Positions 51,932 through 63,110 of a DNA stretch of 64,000 nt are shown here, one piece after another (the stretch's first letter is position 1; every line of letters begins with the position of its first letter). The stretch lies in NCBI GenBank assembly GCA_000165345.1, contig CM000433.1:96001-160000 (forward strand), read 5' to 3'. Made by a program: the position numbers and the translations under genes. The notes under the pieces were generated by a model that searched no databases, was not told where the DNA came from, and saw nothing but the letters and a program-made list of their open reading frames with translations.

Positions 51932-54900
51932 TCAAAAAAAAGTTATCATTGGCCTTGATGGAATAATTTGAGATAATTTATCAGCAGATATCTCTGAACA
52001 ATCTTGTTTTGTGTGTTTTACTTTTACGCTCTCCAAACCTAAAGATTTTGAAATAAAGTATGATTGAGTTGAGAAAAGTTCAAATTCATCAAATGGAAGG
52101 CATGTACTGAATGCTGAATCATTCTCTTTAAATTCACTGGCTTTTAATGAAATAAATGAAAGCACATTCTTAAGCATATTCTTATCCATCTGTTCTATTA
52201 CAGGTGTTTTTCTTAATTTTGAAACATAATCTTTTGGAAGAACTCCTCCCTCTTCATTGATAATCTTCTGAACTTGATTCAAGCCTTCTATTTGCCAGTC
52301 TTGATATTCATTTGAGACATAAATTATTGCTGAACTTGCTTTCTGTTTACCAACTCCTGTTGATGCAGATCCACCTTTTTTAGCACTACTCCATTTATCC
52401 ATTGATTTTCTAAAATCTTCAATTGACTTTATTATCAAATTCAACATTTTACTATGATTTGGAGAGAATCTAAATTCTTTAATTGAATCATCATTGAAAT
52501 CTGGCCATTTCATATTTACAATAAATCCTTCATTCCCTAAAATATCTCTCCAAATATATTCACATGTATGTGGAGCTATTGGCGTTAAAATCTTAATTTG
52601 TGTTTCTAAAATTTATGAAGTTAATATATTTGATTTAATATAGATTTATTAAAAATTATAGAGAAACAATTAATTCCAATTAAGCCAAGTCGAGTTTAAA
52701 ATTATTGTTTTTTTTCAACCAATTCTTAAATAAGTTAAGTTTGAAATAGTAATGATTAATCGAAGTCATTTTTGGAAATATAGAGAATGAAATCGTCCTT
52801 CAAGAATCAAAGTACTAAACTTATTCTTGAAAGAATTAAATATTATACTTTCACTCCCAAATTGTTATCCTCCTGGAGATAATCTAAAGACAAACAAAAT
52901 AGTAGAATATTGTAATTAGGATTAGAACAGGAGGTTTTGCTTTTATAACCAATATAATAAAAGATTTACTTGACTTTTAGATTAATATTTGATTTCATAT
53001 TATTACAAACCTTGATATAGCAATATTTTTGACTCCATTTTAATTGAAATAATGTTTCTCATAATGAAATAAACTTACCTATAAATAACTTTAATACATT
53101 GGTATTTAAGAAAAGATCATTAGAGTCACATAATAGACGATATTGATCTCTTCTAAGTTGAAATTCAAACAAAGCATACTTTAATGCATCTCTATATGCA
53201 AAATTCTTATATGAATTATAAGCTTCATTAGCAAGACGAATAACTTCACTTGTAAATATTTGATCAGCCTGATTTAAAGCATTTAAAGCGTTTGGATTTT
53301 CTTTAAGGAAAGTTTGCAATTCAGAATTGGACATTTCCTGAGATCCACATCTCAGTTTATCTTTATTCTCAACATAAAATTGAGCAGATTGAATTATAGA
53401 GTAAAGTCTCATAATAGCAGAATTAGCAATATCTCGGCAGAAGTTTGCATCATCAATAGTATCGCCGGCATCAGCTAAAGCAATTCTACAAGCATCTGCA
53501 GAATATTCATTAATTCCATCCTCTAGTGTAATCCAATTTCCAGTGGATTTACTCATTTTCATGGAATCGATCATAACATGACCATTACAATAGAAACTTC
53601 TTGGCCATAAATCTTTCCTATCCTCCCAAATAGCAGCATGATTATATAAACACATTGTTAGATGGTTAAATATTAAATCTTTTCCTGAAACTCTACAATC
53701 CAGAGGATAGAAATATGAAAACTCATTTCTCATTCTATCAAGTTGTCCTCTACCAATATTCTTAATTAAATCTTCAGATGGCTCATCTGTTAAACAAAAG
53801 ACATAGTTAAAAAGATCATCATTAACATATTCAATAGGAATATCCATCAATCCCTTTGATCTGCCTTCAAAGTCAGAATGGAAGAAATGGCAAATTGTAT
53901 AATAAGCCATATAAATTGTAGAATCGGATAAAGACTCAATTAATACCTTTTGGTTATTTTCAGTATCCCATGGAAGATAAGTCCCTAAACCATAAGATCT
54001 AGAGCATGCCCACTCTCTTAACCAATTAATAACTTCCAAGAATGAAGTTCTTACTTGTGGATAGAATGTTTCAAATGATTTTTCATCATTAACCCAGTCA
54101 TAAACATCTTTTCTCCATTTTTCTTCTCCATATTCAATATACCATTGTTTACATAAAGCAATAATGCAAGATTCTCCTGTTCTACTAATTACGGTATTTT
54201 CAGGCTCCAAATAAACGAGAGCATTTTTATCATCTATTAATTTTTGTTTAGCTTGGTCCTTAATCTCCGAAACTTTCATACCCTTAAAGTCACCTGATAT
54301 CATTACTCCGTCGTAAAAGCCTTTTTTGTAAACCTCTTCCTTAGCTTGTTTTAATTTAGCTGAATCATTTTGACTTTGAATCTTATATTTTAAATATACA
54401 GCCTCTCCAGCCAAAGTTCCAAGTTCTGGAGTATCAATAATTGGAACCAAATCTAATAACCAATCTTCTTGAATATTATATTTTTCTCTAATTCCTACTT
54501 TCGATTTAATATCATTCCAAGCAGCATAATCATCTGGAGAATCGGAAGGTACTGATGAAACTACTCCAGTACCTTTATCCATTGAAATTGAAAACATTGG
54601 TAAGGTATAAATCTTAGAATAGTATGCATTAGGAGGCATTAATGGAGTTCCAATTAGTTTTTCTCCACTAATTGTTGAAAAAGAGATAACCTCAGGTAAT
54701 GAATTAACACTTTTACCTGTGGGTATTGATTTTTCACTAACAAGTGGTACTATTCCTTGATATGCCATATTATAAGCGCTTTTCTTAGAACATATAAATA
54801 CTGTGTTACAATCAGCAAGTGCTTCTTCTTTGCTATCATAAACTTTCCTCAAAACACCATCAGTAGTTTCTGATGATTTGCAAATTGGAGAGTCAAATGC

Positions 54901-55896
54901 TAAAATTAAATCGTATTCCCCAGTGGGTAATATCCAACAGTTAGTTTGGCCATACATAGTTTCTGGTCTTAAAGTTGCACAAACTAAAAACACATCCCTT
55001 CCGCCCACTAATTCCTCAATATCTTCTGGTAAACTTAGTGCTTTCAACTTAATTAAAGTATATTCTTGAGGTCCAACGCCCTCACCTGAAGATCTATCGT
55101 GGTCAGCACAAGGCTGATTTTCTATTCTACTAAATACTGCAGGCCTTAGTCCATATCTTATTTTATCTTTCTTAAACTATAATGTAATTAAAAATTAATA
55201 TTATAATTTTTAAAAAAAAAATCCAAGTATTGATTTAAAACTTACCTTCAAAGTTCTGAACTGCCATTTAACGAAAGCATCATAGTAAGGATTAATATCA
55301 GTTGTAATAAATGATCTCCTCCAATCAACAGCAGTTCCAAAATTCTTTAAATCTTTCTTTGTAAGTGGGGGAAAATATTCTGTCCAATAAATTGGGTCAG
55401 TAAATTTACTAATTTCTTCTTCAGGAATACCCATTGCTTTAAGAATTTCTGATTGGGTTTTTGCTCCCCCAGTTTTAGCTGCAACCTTACTTTTAAGTTG
55501 TACTTGGCTTGTCTCTTGTTCTTTATCATCATCAGTTTCAGCTAACTTTGGTGAATTCAACTCCATCTTTAACTTATCTGCGCTTGCACAAATTGGCATT
55601 CCCGTACAATGAAAACCAAATGGAAATAATACATTTTTATTATTCATTCTTTGGAATCTTGCTTGAAAATCTGCTTTTGTCAACGTAAAGGCATGCCCCA
55701 AATGTAACCTTCCATTCATATATGGATATGGAAATGTAATCATGTATTTTTCACGAGATGGATCTACATCTGCCTCATATATTTGACTCTCTTCCCAGAG
55801 TTTTTGAACCTGATGCTGTACCGAAAGTAATTTATCCCTTCTTTGTCTTGAACCTCCAGTATTTCCAGAATCATTGGCTTTTGTACTCATATTCAC
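51932..55896 (-). CDS. LARS1: cytosolic leucyl-tRNA synthetase, 3 exons (about 1140 aa): join(55246..55896,53079..55176,51932..52605) on minus
   Basis: ATG verified (cat at 55894-55896). HIGH motif FPYPYMNGRLHLGHAF. GTAAGT donor after ...FRTLK, then a 69-nt intron. Exon 2 runs from the CP1 editing domain to the KMSKS motif (SMKMSKSTGN) and ends phase 1 at a GTAAGT. A 473-nt intron follows. Exon 3 begins E-TQIKILTPIAPHTCEYIW, which aligns to human LARS1 [15 protein letters not shown] with no missing residues. The three track ORFs (55210..55896, 53059..55047 with a TTG start, 51932..52513) are exons of one gene. Confidence 0.85.
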
Positions 55897-56050
55897 TGAT
55901 AATTAATCCGCCCCTCAAACAAATAATCACGAGGCTAAAATTGAAAATTAAAATATAAATATAGAATATATATTTATATCACTAGTTTACATCAAAAGTC
56001 AAACTTTTCAAGTTAAATAATAATAGAAAAAAAAATTGTAATGACGTGTT

Positions 56051-56060
56051 TTCGGCGCCA
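56051..56060. promoter_or_regulatory. E2F-like TTCGGCGCCA in divergent promoter (LeuRS / YggS)
   Basis: aatgacgtgttttcggcgccaccacaatt read directly. Confidence 0.5.
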
Positions 56061-56214
56061 CCACAATTAGTTACTACTTAAATATATTTAATGTCATGTG
56101 GATGGTATTTATTAAATAATAATAATATTAACAATAATATGTTGAATGAATATAATAAACCAGCACAATTTAAATACAATATATAGATTCTGAGGGGAAA
56201 ATATTTTATTTAAA

Positions 56215-56931
56215 ATGTCAGAAAATGAAGTTATTGATAACTATATGAAAATTAAGAACCAAATTAAAGAGCTTTGCTCAGGTTTTGAAAGTTTTCCCGA
56301 ACTATTGGTTGTAAGTAAGTACCAGAGTGAGGAGAATATCAAGTTACTGCATGAAAAAACCGACCAAAAGATATTTGGAGAAAATTATGTACAGGAGTTG
56401 ATGGAAAAATCTAGGAATTTACCCAAATCAATTAAATGGCATTTTATAGGTCACTTGCAAAGTAATAAAGTTAAAACTTTATTATCTATTGACAACTTGG
56501 AAGTTATAGAAACAGTTGATTCAATAAAACTTGCGCAAGTGTTAAATAAAGAATGTCAGTTACAAGGAAGATCAGTTTTGAAAGTAATGATACAGGTAAA
56601 GACTTCAAATGAAGTCAACAAATCAGGAGCTCAAATTTCTGAAGCTATAAATATTTTTGAATATATAATTTCTGAGTGTAGGAATCTCAAATTTCAAGGT
56701 TTAATGACAATGGGAGATTCAGATGTTAACCTTACTAGTGAATGTTTTAATAAGATGGTAAATTTGAGAAATATTATCAATGAAAAGATTTCAAAGAATG
56801 GCAACTATGATCAGTCTATTGAATGTAGGCTCAGTATGGGAACTACAAGAGATATGGAAATAGCAATAAAAAATCATACGAATGAAGTAAGAATTGGAAG
56901 TGCAATTTTTGGAGATAAAAAGAAAGGTTAA
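56215..56931 (+). CDS. PLPBP: pyridoxal-phosphate homeostasis protein (YggS/PLPBP/PROSC family), 238 aa
   Basis: ATG at 56215 verified. Family motifs LLVVSKYQ (PLP-Lys), FGENYVQEL, WHFIGHLQSNKVK, RLSMGTTRDMEIAI, RIGSAIFG. Confidence 0.8.
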   Translation: MSENEVIDNYMKIKNQIKELCSGFESFPELLVVSKYQSEENIKLLHEKTDQKIFGENYVQELMEKSRNLPKSIKWHFIGHLQSNKVKTLLSIDNLEVIETVDSIKLAQVLNKECQLQGRSVLKVMIQVKTSNEVNKSGAQISEAINIFEYIISECRNLKFQGLMTMGDSDVNLTSECFNKMVNLRNIINEKISKNGNYDQSIECRLSMGTTRDMEIAIKNHTNEVRIGSAIFGDKKKG

Positions 56932-57066
56932 AGTTTAAGTCCTGATAATAAATATAGATATTTACGTTAAAGACAATAAAATTTATCAACAAGTTTACAT
57001 TAATATAAAATTATAGATATATCTTATAAAGCATAATAAATATATGAGGGGGGAAAGTAAATTTGA

Positions 57067-58374
57067 TCATTCTACTTTGGTATCTTCCTTTATATTCACT
57101 TCGCTCTTTAAATTAAATAGCTCAGCTTCTTTATTAAGAATCGAATCAATATCTTTACTAGATTTCAAACTATTGAAATGTTGTTCGATCGCCTTACAAA
57201 GAATTGAAACACTTGAATCTGGCTTATTGTAAAGATAACAATTAGAAAATATTTGCTGTATATCTGCTATTGTTTCCCTACAAAGTTCGTACTCACCATT
57301 TCTAAGTTTCTTGCGTATTAGACTAAAGTCCATTGGCTTTGTAATAATCTTATAATAATCTGAACAGTTCCAAGCTTTCTCATCAACAGGCTTATCGAAA
57401 ATCCAGGCACCCTCTTGTTTTCTGAGCTCTTCAACACATTCGCTGATAGTTTTATACCACGATGCTCTGAAAGGATCAGAATTTGGCTTCAAACTTGCGA
57501 CTGGTGACTCTTTTGACCAAACTGCAATGTTTGGAAATTTTTCTTCAAACTCCTCAATTTTTATTTTTGGAGCGAAATACCACTTTCCGTCACTCCCCTT
57601 AAATTGTAATCTATAACACTGTCTTATTTCAGAATCTTTAATTCCTCCCTCACCCACAATAGAATTACACAAAGATACTCTATCAAGGCTGGCATCCTTT
57701 TCTAAGTTACCCGAGCCTTCAAATGCATTAGCACCCATTCCCGCTCCGCCAGAGCTAGCCATCCTATTTTTTAAAATATTTGCTAATTGTTTATGCCCAC
57801 TTTTTAATGCATAAGAATGTGCTGCTTGTCTATTCTTATCCTTAATCCCTGCATCAGCTCCATTATCTAATAATAACATACATGTTTGAGATCTCCCATC
57901 TCTTGCTGCATAAAATAAAGCAGTTTGGCCAACATTGTCAGAAAGATTCGGTTCTGCGCCTTTATCCAATAAAAGTTTTACAGCTTCAAACCTACCATCC
58001 CTAGCTGCATAAAACAAAGCTGTCTGATTTACTCTATCAGTATGATTGACGTTGCAGCCATTATCTATCAAAAATTCAGCTGTCTTTACATTTCCATCCC
58101 TGCAAGCAAAAAACAATGCAGTTTGTAAGCTAAAATCTGTGGATGCAACATCTAGCTCTGGGCACTTCTCCAAAATCTTCTTACAAACCTGAAGTGCTTC
58201 ATCATCGTTTGTTCTTTGAACTGCATAAAATATTGCATTAGCATTCGTAACTGAACATTTTTTCGATAATTCACTACTATCTAATGTATCTATCAGATCC
58301 AATGTTGACTGTACACCATCCCGTCGAATGGACTCTATTAGACGGCTACTTTCAAAACTCACTAACTCTCCCAT
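57067..58374 (-). CDS. ankyrin-repeat + bromodomain protein, 435 aa
   Basis: ATG verified (cat at 58372-58374). About four ankyrin repeats (TALFFACRDGNVKTAEFLIDNGCNVNH, TALFYAARDGRFEAVKLLLDKGAEPN, TALFYAARDGRSQTCMLLLDNGADA, AAHSYALKSGHKQLANIL). C-terminal bromodomain (FDKPVDEKAWNCSDYYKIITKPMDFSLIRKKL...IFSNCYLYNKPDSSV). Confidence 0.75.
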   Translation of the reverse strand: MGELVSFESSRLIESIRRDGVQSTLDLIDTLDSSELSKKCSVTNANAIFYAVQRTNDDEALQVCKKILEKCPELDVASTDFSLQTALFFACRDGNVKTAEFLIDNGCNVNHTDRVNQTALFYAARDGRFEAVKLLLDKGAEPNLSDNVGQTALFYAARDGRSQTCMLLLDNGADAGIKDKNRQAAHSYALKSGHKQLANILKNRMASSGGAGMGANAFEGSGNLEKDASLDRVSLCNSIVGEGGIKDSEIRQCYRLQFKGSDGKWYFAPKIKIEEFEEKFPNIAVWSKESPVASLKPNSDPFRASWYKTISECVEELRKQEGAWIFDKPVDEKAWNCSDYYKIITKPMDFSLIRKKLRNGEYELCRETIADIQQIFSNCYLYNKPDSSVSILCKAIEQHFNSLKSSKDIDSILNKEAELFNLKSEVNIKEDTKVE

Positions 58375-58486
58375 TTCATATAGAGTCTTTTCCTATATTT
58401 TTAATTTGGGAGGAAAAAACTCGTTTTTTCCTATTTTATTCTTCCTTATTCGCCGATAGTTAACTATCCAATTTTTGACTAAACTA

Positions 58487-58501
58487 TGGCGCCGGCGGCA
58501 A
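58487..58501. promoter_or_regulatory. extended GC palindrome-like element TGGCGCCGGCGGCAA in divergent promoter (bromodomain gene / alveolin)
   Basis: Read directly. Followed by CCGCC and GATGCATGC (near-ApiAP2 motif) within 50 nt. Confidence 0.5.
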
Positions 58502-58854
58502 TTTCCATGCCCACACTTTTTTATTACCGCCTGTCCGATGCATGCTTGAAAAAATTAGTGGAAATTGAAAATAGTGCCTGAAGAGGAGAAATAAATTATT
58601 CTTCCCAACTGTCATCTTTGTTTAAAACAAGAGCAGACTAGGAAGCCTACTTTTTTCTTTGATTGATCCCTGAAAAGTAAAATAAAGGAACAAAGTAAAT
58701 CTAAAGCTTATAAATATTGCAAATAAAAAATATTATTCGAAATTTTTATAATAATATACACCCATTAGAAATTGTATCATAAATTTAGCAATCTTCGAGG
58801 TGAAAAAAAAAATACTTCTTCTTACAGTAACATATTGTAGCCCACCCAAAGAAG

Positions 58855-60124
58855 ATGGAGAATGGTAAGTTTAAATATTTAGAAAAATTACATTTAAGAT
58901 TATAACTTTTAATTTACTATTTGTAGATATTGACTCAAAAGGAATGCATTTACCTCCGAATATTTCTCTTGTGCCTCCAGAAATACCAACCAAATTGATG
59001 GCACAGGGAGTATTTCATGTAAGTTAATCATTTTGAACATGTAATGTGCAATTTATTCTTAATTTTAGGAGAGAGTTGTGGAAAAGCCTAAGGTTATTAA
59101 TGAAGAAGAAATTGTTGAAATAGAAACAATAGAGTACCGAGAAAAGTTGGTCGAAGTCCCAGAGATTATTTACAAAGAAAACATTATAAAAGTTCCAAAA
59201 ATTGAAATACAGGAAAGAATTATAGAAGTTCCTAAAATTAATGAAGAAGAGAAAATAGTTTATGTACCAGAAGTGAGATATGTGGAAAAATTTGTGGAAA
59301 AGAAAGAAAGAGTATTAAAGGAAAAAACAGTTTTTGTTCCAAGAGTTGAAGTTCAAGAGAGAATCGTAGAGGTGCCTAAAATAGTAATCGAAGAGAAAAT
59401 TGTTGAAGTTCCACAAATTCAGTACAAAGAAGTTATTATGGAAAAGATCTTAGAAATACCACAAATACAAGAAGAAATTGTGTGGAAAGATGTGGTTGTT
59501 CCAAACATTCAGCCAAGATATATTGAAACTGAAAAAATCGTAGAAATTCCTGTTGTACAAACAATAGAAAAGTTGGTACATGCGTCAGTTCCTCAGTATA
59601 AAATGATTAAACAAGATATCAATGTCCCAATCGTAGATATTAAAACAGTTCCAAAAGATTGTGTATTAGAAAAATTGAAATATGTGCCTGTTCCTGTTGA
59701 TAGATATCAAGAAGTACAGGTGCCAAAATATGTACTTAAAACTGTTGAAGTTCCTGTTCCTGTTCCAATTGAAAAAATTGTTGAAGAAGAAGTACCGGTA
59801 CCAATATCTGTAGAAAAAGTTGTACATGTGCCAAAAATAATACAGAGGCATGTACCGCGTACATTTAATGTTCCAATACCTGTATATTCAGATGCATTGA
59901 TAGAATCAAGGGTAGGACTAATGCCATATAATACATTTTTATCTATTAATCATGAATCAGCAGAAGAATCATCTCAGCAATTAACACCACCAAATAATAT
60001 TAGTCATATTCAACAAAATATACAGGCTAGAAGTAGTTATGGAACTGGAGTCGAAGTTAGTTCTAGCATCTCATTATTCAAATCCCCGGAAAGAGAAGCA
60101 GAAGATAGAGATTACTTAAATTAG
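58855..60124 (+). CDS. alveolin / IMC1-family cytoskeletal protein with EKIVEVP-type repeats, 3 exons: join(58855..58864,58927..59018,59069..60124), about 385 aa
   Basis: Iterated alveolin repeats (EKLVEVPEIIYKENIIKVPKIEIQERIIEVPKI...ERIVEVPKIVIEEKIVEVPQIQYKEV...VEVPVPVPIEKIVEEEVPVP). The track ORF start is GTG. Upstream, two in-phase GTAAGT introns connect a 92-nt exon (DIDSKGMHLPPNISLVPPEIPTKLMAQGVFH) and a 10-nt first exon (ATGGAGAATG). An alternative start is the in-frame ATG in exon 2 (MHLPPN...). Confidence 0.6.
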
Positions 60125-60320
60125 ATTAGTCAAAACCACCTTACATCTAATACTAATATCTAAAGAATTTAAAATAATGCTATTTTTAATTATAATAAAT
60201 ACTTTTATCCAAAAACTCTTATATTTAACTCTTTATATTTAGCCAATTTTTCTTTTTATAATAAATCATTACGTATTTTGCAACGCCATGCATCTTCCCC
60301 CAAAATAAAAACTTGCTAAG

Positions 60321-60328
60321 TTGGCGCC
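60321..60328. promoter_or_regulatory. E2F-like TTGGCGCC upstream of His-rich protein gene
   Basis: gcaacgccatgcatcttcccccaaaataaaaacttgctaagttggcgccctattg read directly. Includes a CCATGCAT near-ApiAP2 motif. Confidence 0.4.
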
Positions 60329-60724
60329 CTATTGAGATTGTATTATTTAAGATAGAATAAATCGAACTAAATGAAGGAACTGAAAATAGAGTGTATATAA
60401 ATTCTATATATGGGATAAAATTAGAATAATGGATTTTATGTGTGTTAAGTAAGCATTTGTCAATCGAATGTTTATCTATAGCTTAAGATCAGTAAACTAG
60501 GCTTTAGATGAATATTTAGAATAGCAGATAGCCATAATTAATAAAGCTATAATTATTTTTTTATTTGAGTTAAAGTTCTTGGATGAGCATATTAAAAATT
60601 GAAATTTGGTATAATTTTCTGCAATATTTCAGAATTATAACCTATTGTTCTTAGTTTTTAACTAAATTATTTCAAATCAATTGATAAGTTGCTTTAACTT
60701 AAATATCGTACTCAACCTCCGGAA

Positions 60725-62689
60725 ATGCTAAGCAATGAGAATAATATAAAAACAAAATCAAAAATCTCCAATATGTTCAAAAAACCAATTGATTCTAATA
60801 TAGAAATCCAAACATCTTCAAATGATTCTGAATTGAAAAATACTTTTGAAAGTAAAATATATCATCAGATTAAAACATGGAAAGATAATAAAATATCTAA
60901 TAAGGACTTAGAAGATTTGGATGGTAAGTACTTGGTATGCAATCTTGAGTTTGATGAGAAGAAAAATATTGAATTTGATAGTAAAGAACAAATCAATAGA
61001 AGAATGAAAGGAAGTATATTAAATCCACTGATGTTTAGCTTTTCAGATACAGAAACTCCAAAATTTGAACTTAAAGAACTTCCTGGTAATGATTTGAATA
61101 ATATAATTCAAGATAATGTCAAAAAATCTCAACTAAAACAAATCAGTCATGTGAATTTAAAGGTAAAACTTTCAATAGAAAATCTACTAAAATTAAATGA
61201 AATACTCAGAATAAATCTAGAAAGCGAAACACCAACTGTTGTATCATCTTCTGAAACTCAGCTTGAATTGGATCAAAGTGCTTTGGATGAATTGTTTTGC
61301 GATCAACATGATGGTAATTCTTCAAAAATTGACTTTATTGAAAAGTTGGCAGACCAAATTGTATCTAGTATTAAAAGCCTAATAATGGGAGAAGCTTTAT
61401 TAGGAGCTGATAATGCAAGACAAATACTTGTCTTCGAGTTGAAATCGCTTCAGAAATTGTTTATTGAAGATAAAAAAGAAGAGATTTCTAAATCTATTGA
61501 ATCTTTAATATTGCAAACTAGTTCTGATGACGATATTCAGATGTTAATTTTTAAGATAGACCAAATCCGCTCTGCATTGAAACATTTTAACCTTTCAAAT
61601 AGGTTTCAGGATTTTAATTTCGGATATAACAACTCATCCAATGAAATAGAAGATGGAGAACGGACACTACAAACCAATCAAGCAAATAACTTTTTTGCAA
61701 AGCATAAACTTCTAAAGTTTAATAAATGGTGCAAGCAATTGAATGCTTCATCAGAGAATACTGGAAGCAACGTTGCAAGTGGTGAAAGCAATTCAAACAA
61801 TCATCGTCTCGCTCATCATCATGATGGGCATTCTCATCACCATCATATTCTTTCACACTATAAGCATCACCAGCATCGCAATATTAGTAATAGCAATGAA
61901 AAAAATAGAGACATTGTAAAAAGAGAAGAAGATTTTGATTCTCCTCATGCGGAAAATTGTGTCCAACTGTTTTCTCCTGACAATTATGATGGCTGGAATA
62001 CAGAACATTCAAAAGGTGTTTCATTATCATACAAAATAGACTCATCATCAAATGGGCATTTGTCTATAAATGTAGTAATAAAGAGTGATATTAATTGTAA
62101 ATTACTGAACTTACTTACAATATTGAATGAAGTTGAACTTTCAAATATGTGGGTACCATATATCTCTTATTCAAAATGCTTTTACAACTTTAGTCGTGTA
62201 AGCAAGTTGGTACAACAAGTATATGATCTTCCATGGCCAATAGGACAAAGAGAAAATATCATGTTCTGCTTTGGAGTAGATACATTAAAAGAACATGACT
62301 GCATTATGATTTCATGTGGGGATCCTCAAACTTCAAATAATAAATTCTTTGGAGCCAATATTCCCGATCCACCTCCAAAAGTACCAAGAGAGAAATGCAG
62401 TTATCTTCTGTTTATTCTAACTCCTTCAGAGAATGACAAGGACCTCACTACTCTGGAAATGTTTTCTAGTTTCTCTGTGACAAAGTATGTTCCGATTAAA
62501 CTTACATCATTTTTGATTAAAAGAATGACTAGGAAAATGTATACTGATATTACAACCTTAGCTTCGAATATTAATGGCTCCCCTTATGAGACTGCATATA
62601 ATAATAACTTACAACTCTATTCGTGGCTAGATATGAAGCTATCACAATATGAATCGAAGCAAAGAAAAAATGACAAAGATTTCATATAG
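60725..62689 (+). CDS. hypothetical protein with His-rich tract (HRLAHHHDGHSHHHHILSHYKHHQH) and a conserved-looking C-terminal domain, 654 aa
   Basis: ATG at 60725 verified. Uninterrupted ORF. N-terminal half is charged and coiled. A His-rich segment sits mid-protein. The C-terminal about 230 aa are non-repetitive with W/P/C landmarks (MWVPYISYSK...DLPWPIGQRENIMFCFG...PDPPPKVPREKCSYLLF), which could be a lipid-binding (START-like) fold. Unconfirmed. Confidence 0.5.
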   Translation: MLSNENNIKTKSKISNMFKKPIDSNIEIQTSSNDSELKNTFESKIYHQIKTWKDNKISNKDLEDLDGKYLVCNLEFDEKKNIEFDSKEQINRRMKGSILNPLMFSFSDTETPKFELKELPGNDLNNIIQDNVKKSQLKQISHVNLKVKLSIENLLKLNEILRINLESETPTVVSSSETQLELDQSALDELFCDQHDGNSSKIDFIEKLADQIVSSIKSLIMGEALLGADNARQILVFELKSLQKLFIEDKKEEISKSIESLILQTSSDDDIQMLIFKIDQIRSALKHFNLSNRFQDFNFGYNNSSNEIEDGERTLQTNQANNFFAKHKLLKFNKWCKQLNASSENTGSNVASGESNSNNHRLAHHHDGHSHHHHILSHYKHHQHRNISNSNEKNRDIVKREEDFDSPHAENCVQLFSPDNYDGWNTEHSKGVSLSYKIDSSSNGHLSINVVIKSDINCKLLNLLTILNEVELSNMWVPYISYSKCFYNFSRVSKLVQQVYDLPWPIGQRENIMFCFGVDTLKEHDCIMISCGDPQTSNNKFFGANIPDPPPKVPREKCSYLLFILTPSENDKDLTTLEMFSSFSVTKYVPIKLTSFLIKRMTRKMYTDITTLASNINGSPYETAYNNNLQLYSWLDMKLSQYESKQRKNDKDFI

Positions 62690-63110
62690 AGTATTGAAAA
62701 GAATAGGTAAATATAAGTAAAAATATTATTCATGTTTTTATTATTTTAATATAAATTTTTTTTTCTTGATTTACATTTAATTAAAGGAATTAATATATTA
62801 TTTTTTAATATCTCCACGTGTCACAACTTCCTGATAATTTAACTCATTAAATTTCAACCAAGTTTTGTTAGGTATGTTATATGTTTTAAATTAAAAGCTA
62901 GAAACAAAATACTTCAGAATTTCTGATATATTCACGTATTCAGCAATTATTTCGAATTTTTTTTTTTTACCATTTAACAAATGCTATTTCATTTCGCATG
63001 TGATTAAATATTCAAATAAATGGCGGGCAATTGATTTGAATGAAAAATAAATTTCTGGAGAAACAAAAATTAGTAATTTTTTTTGGCAATGAAATAATAG
63101 CTTAGTAAAA

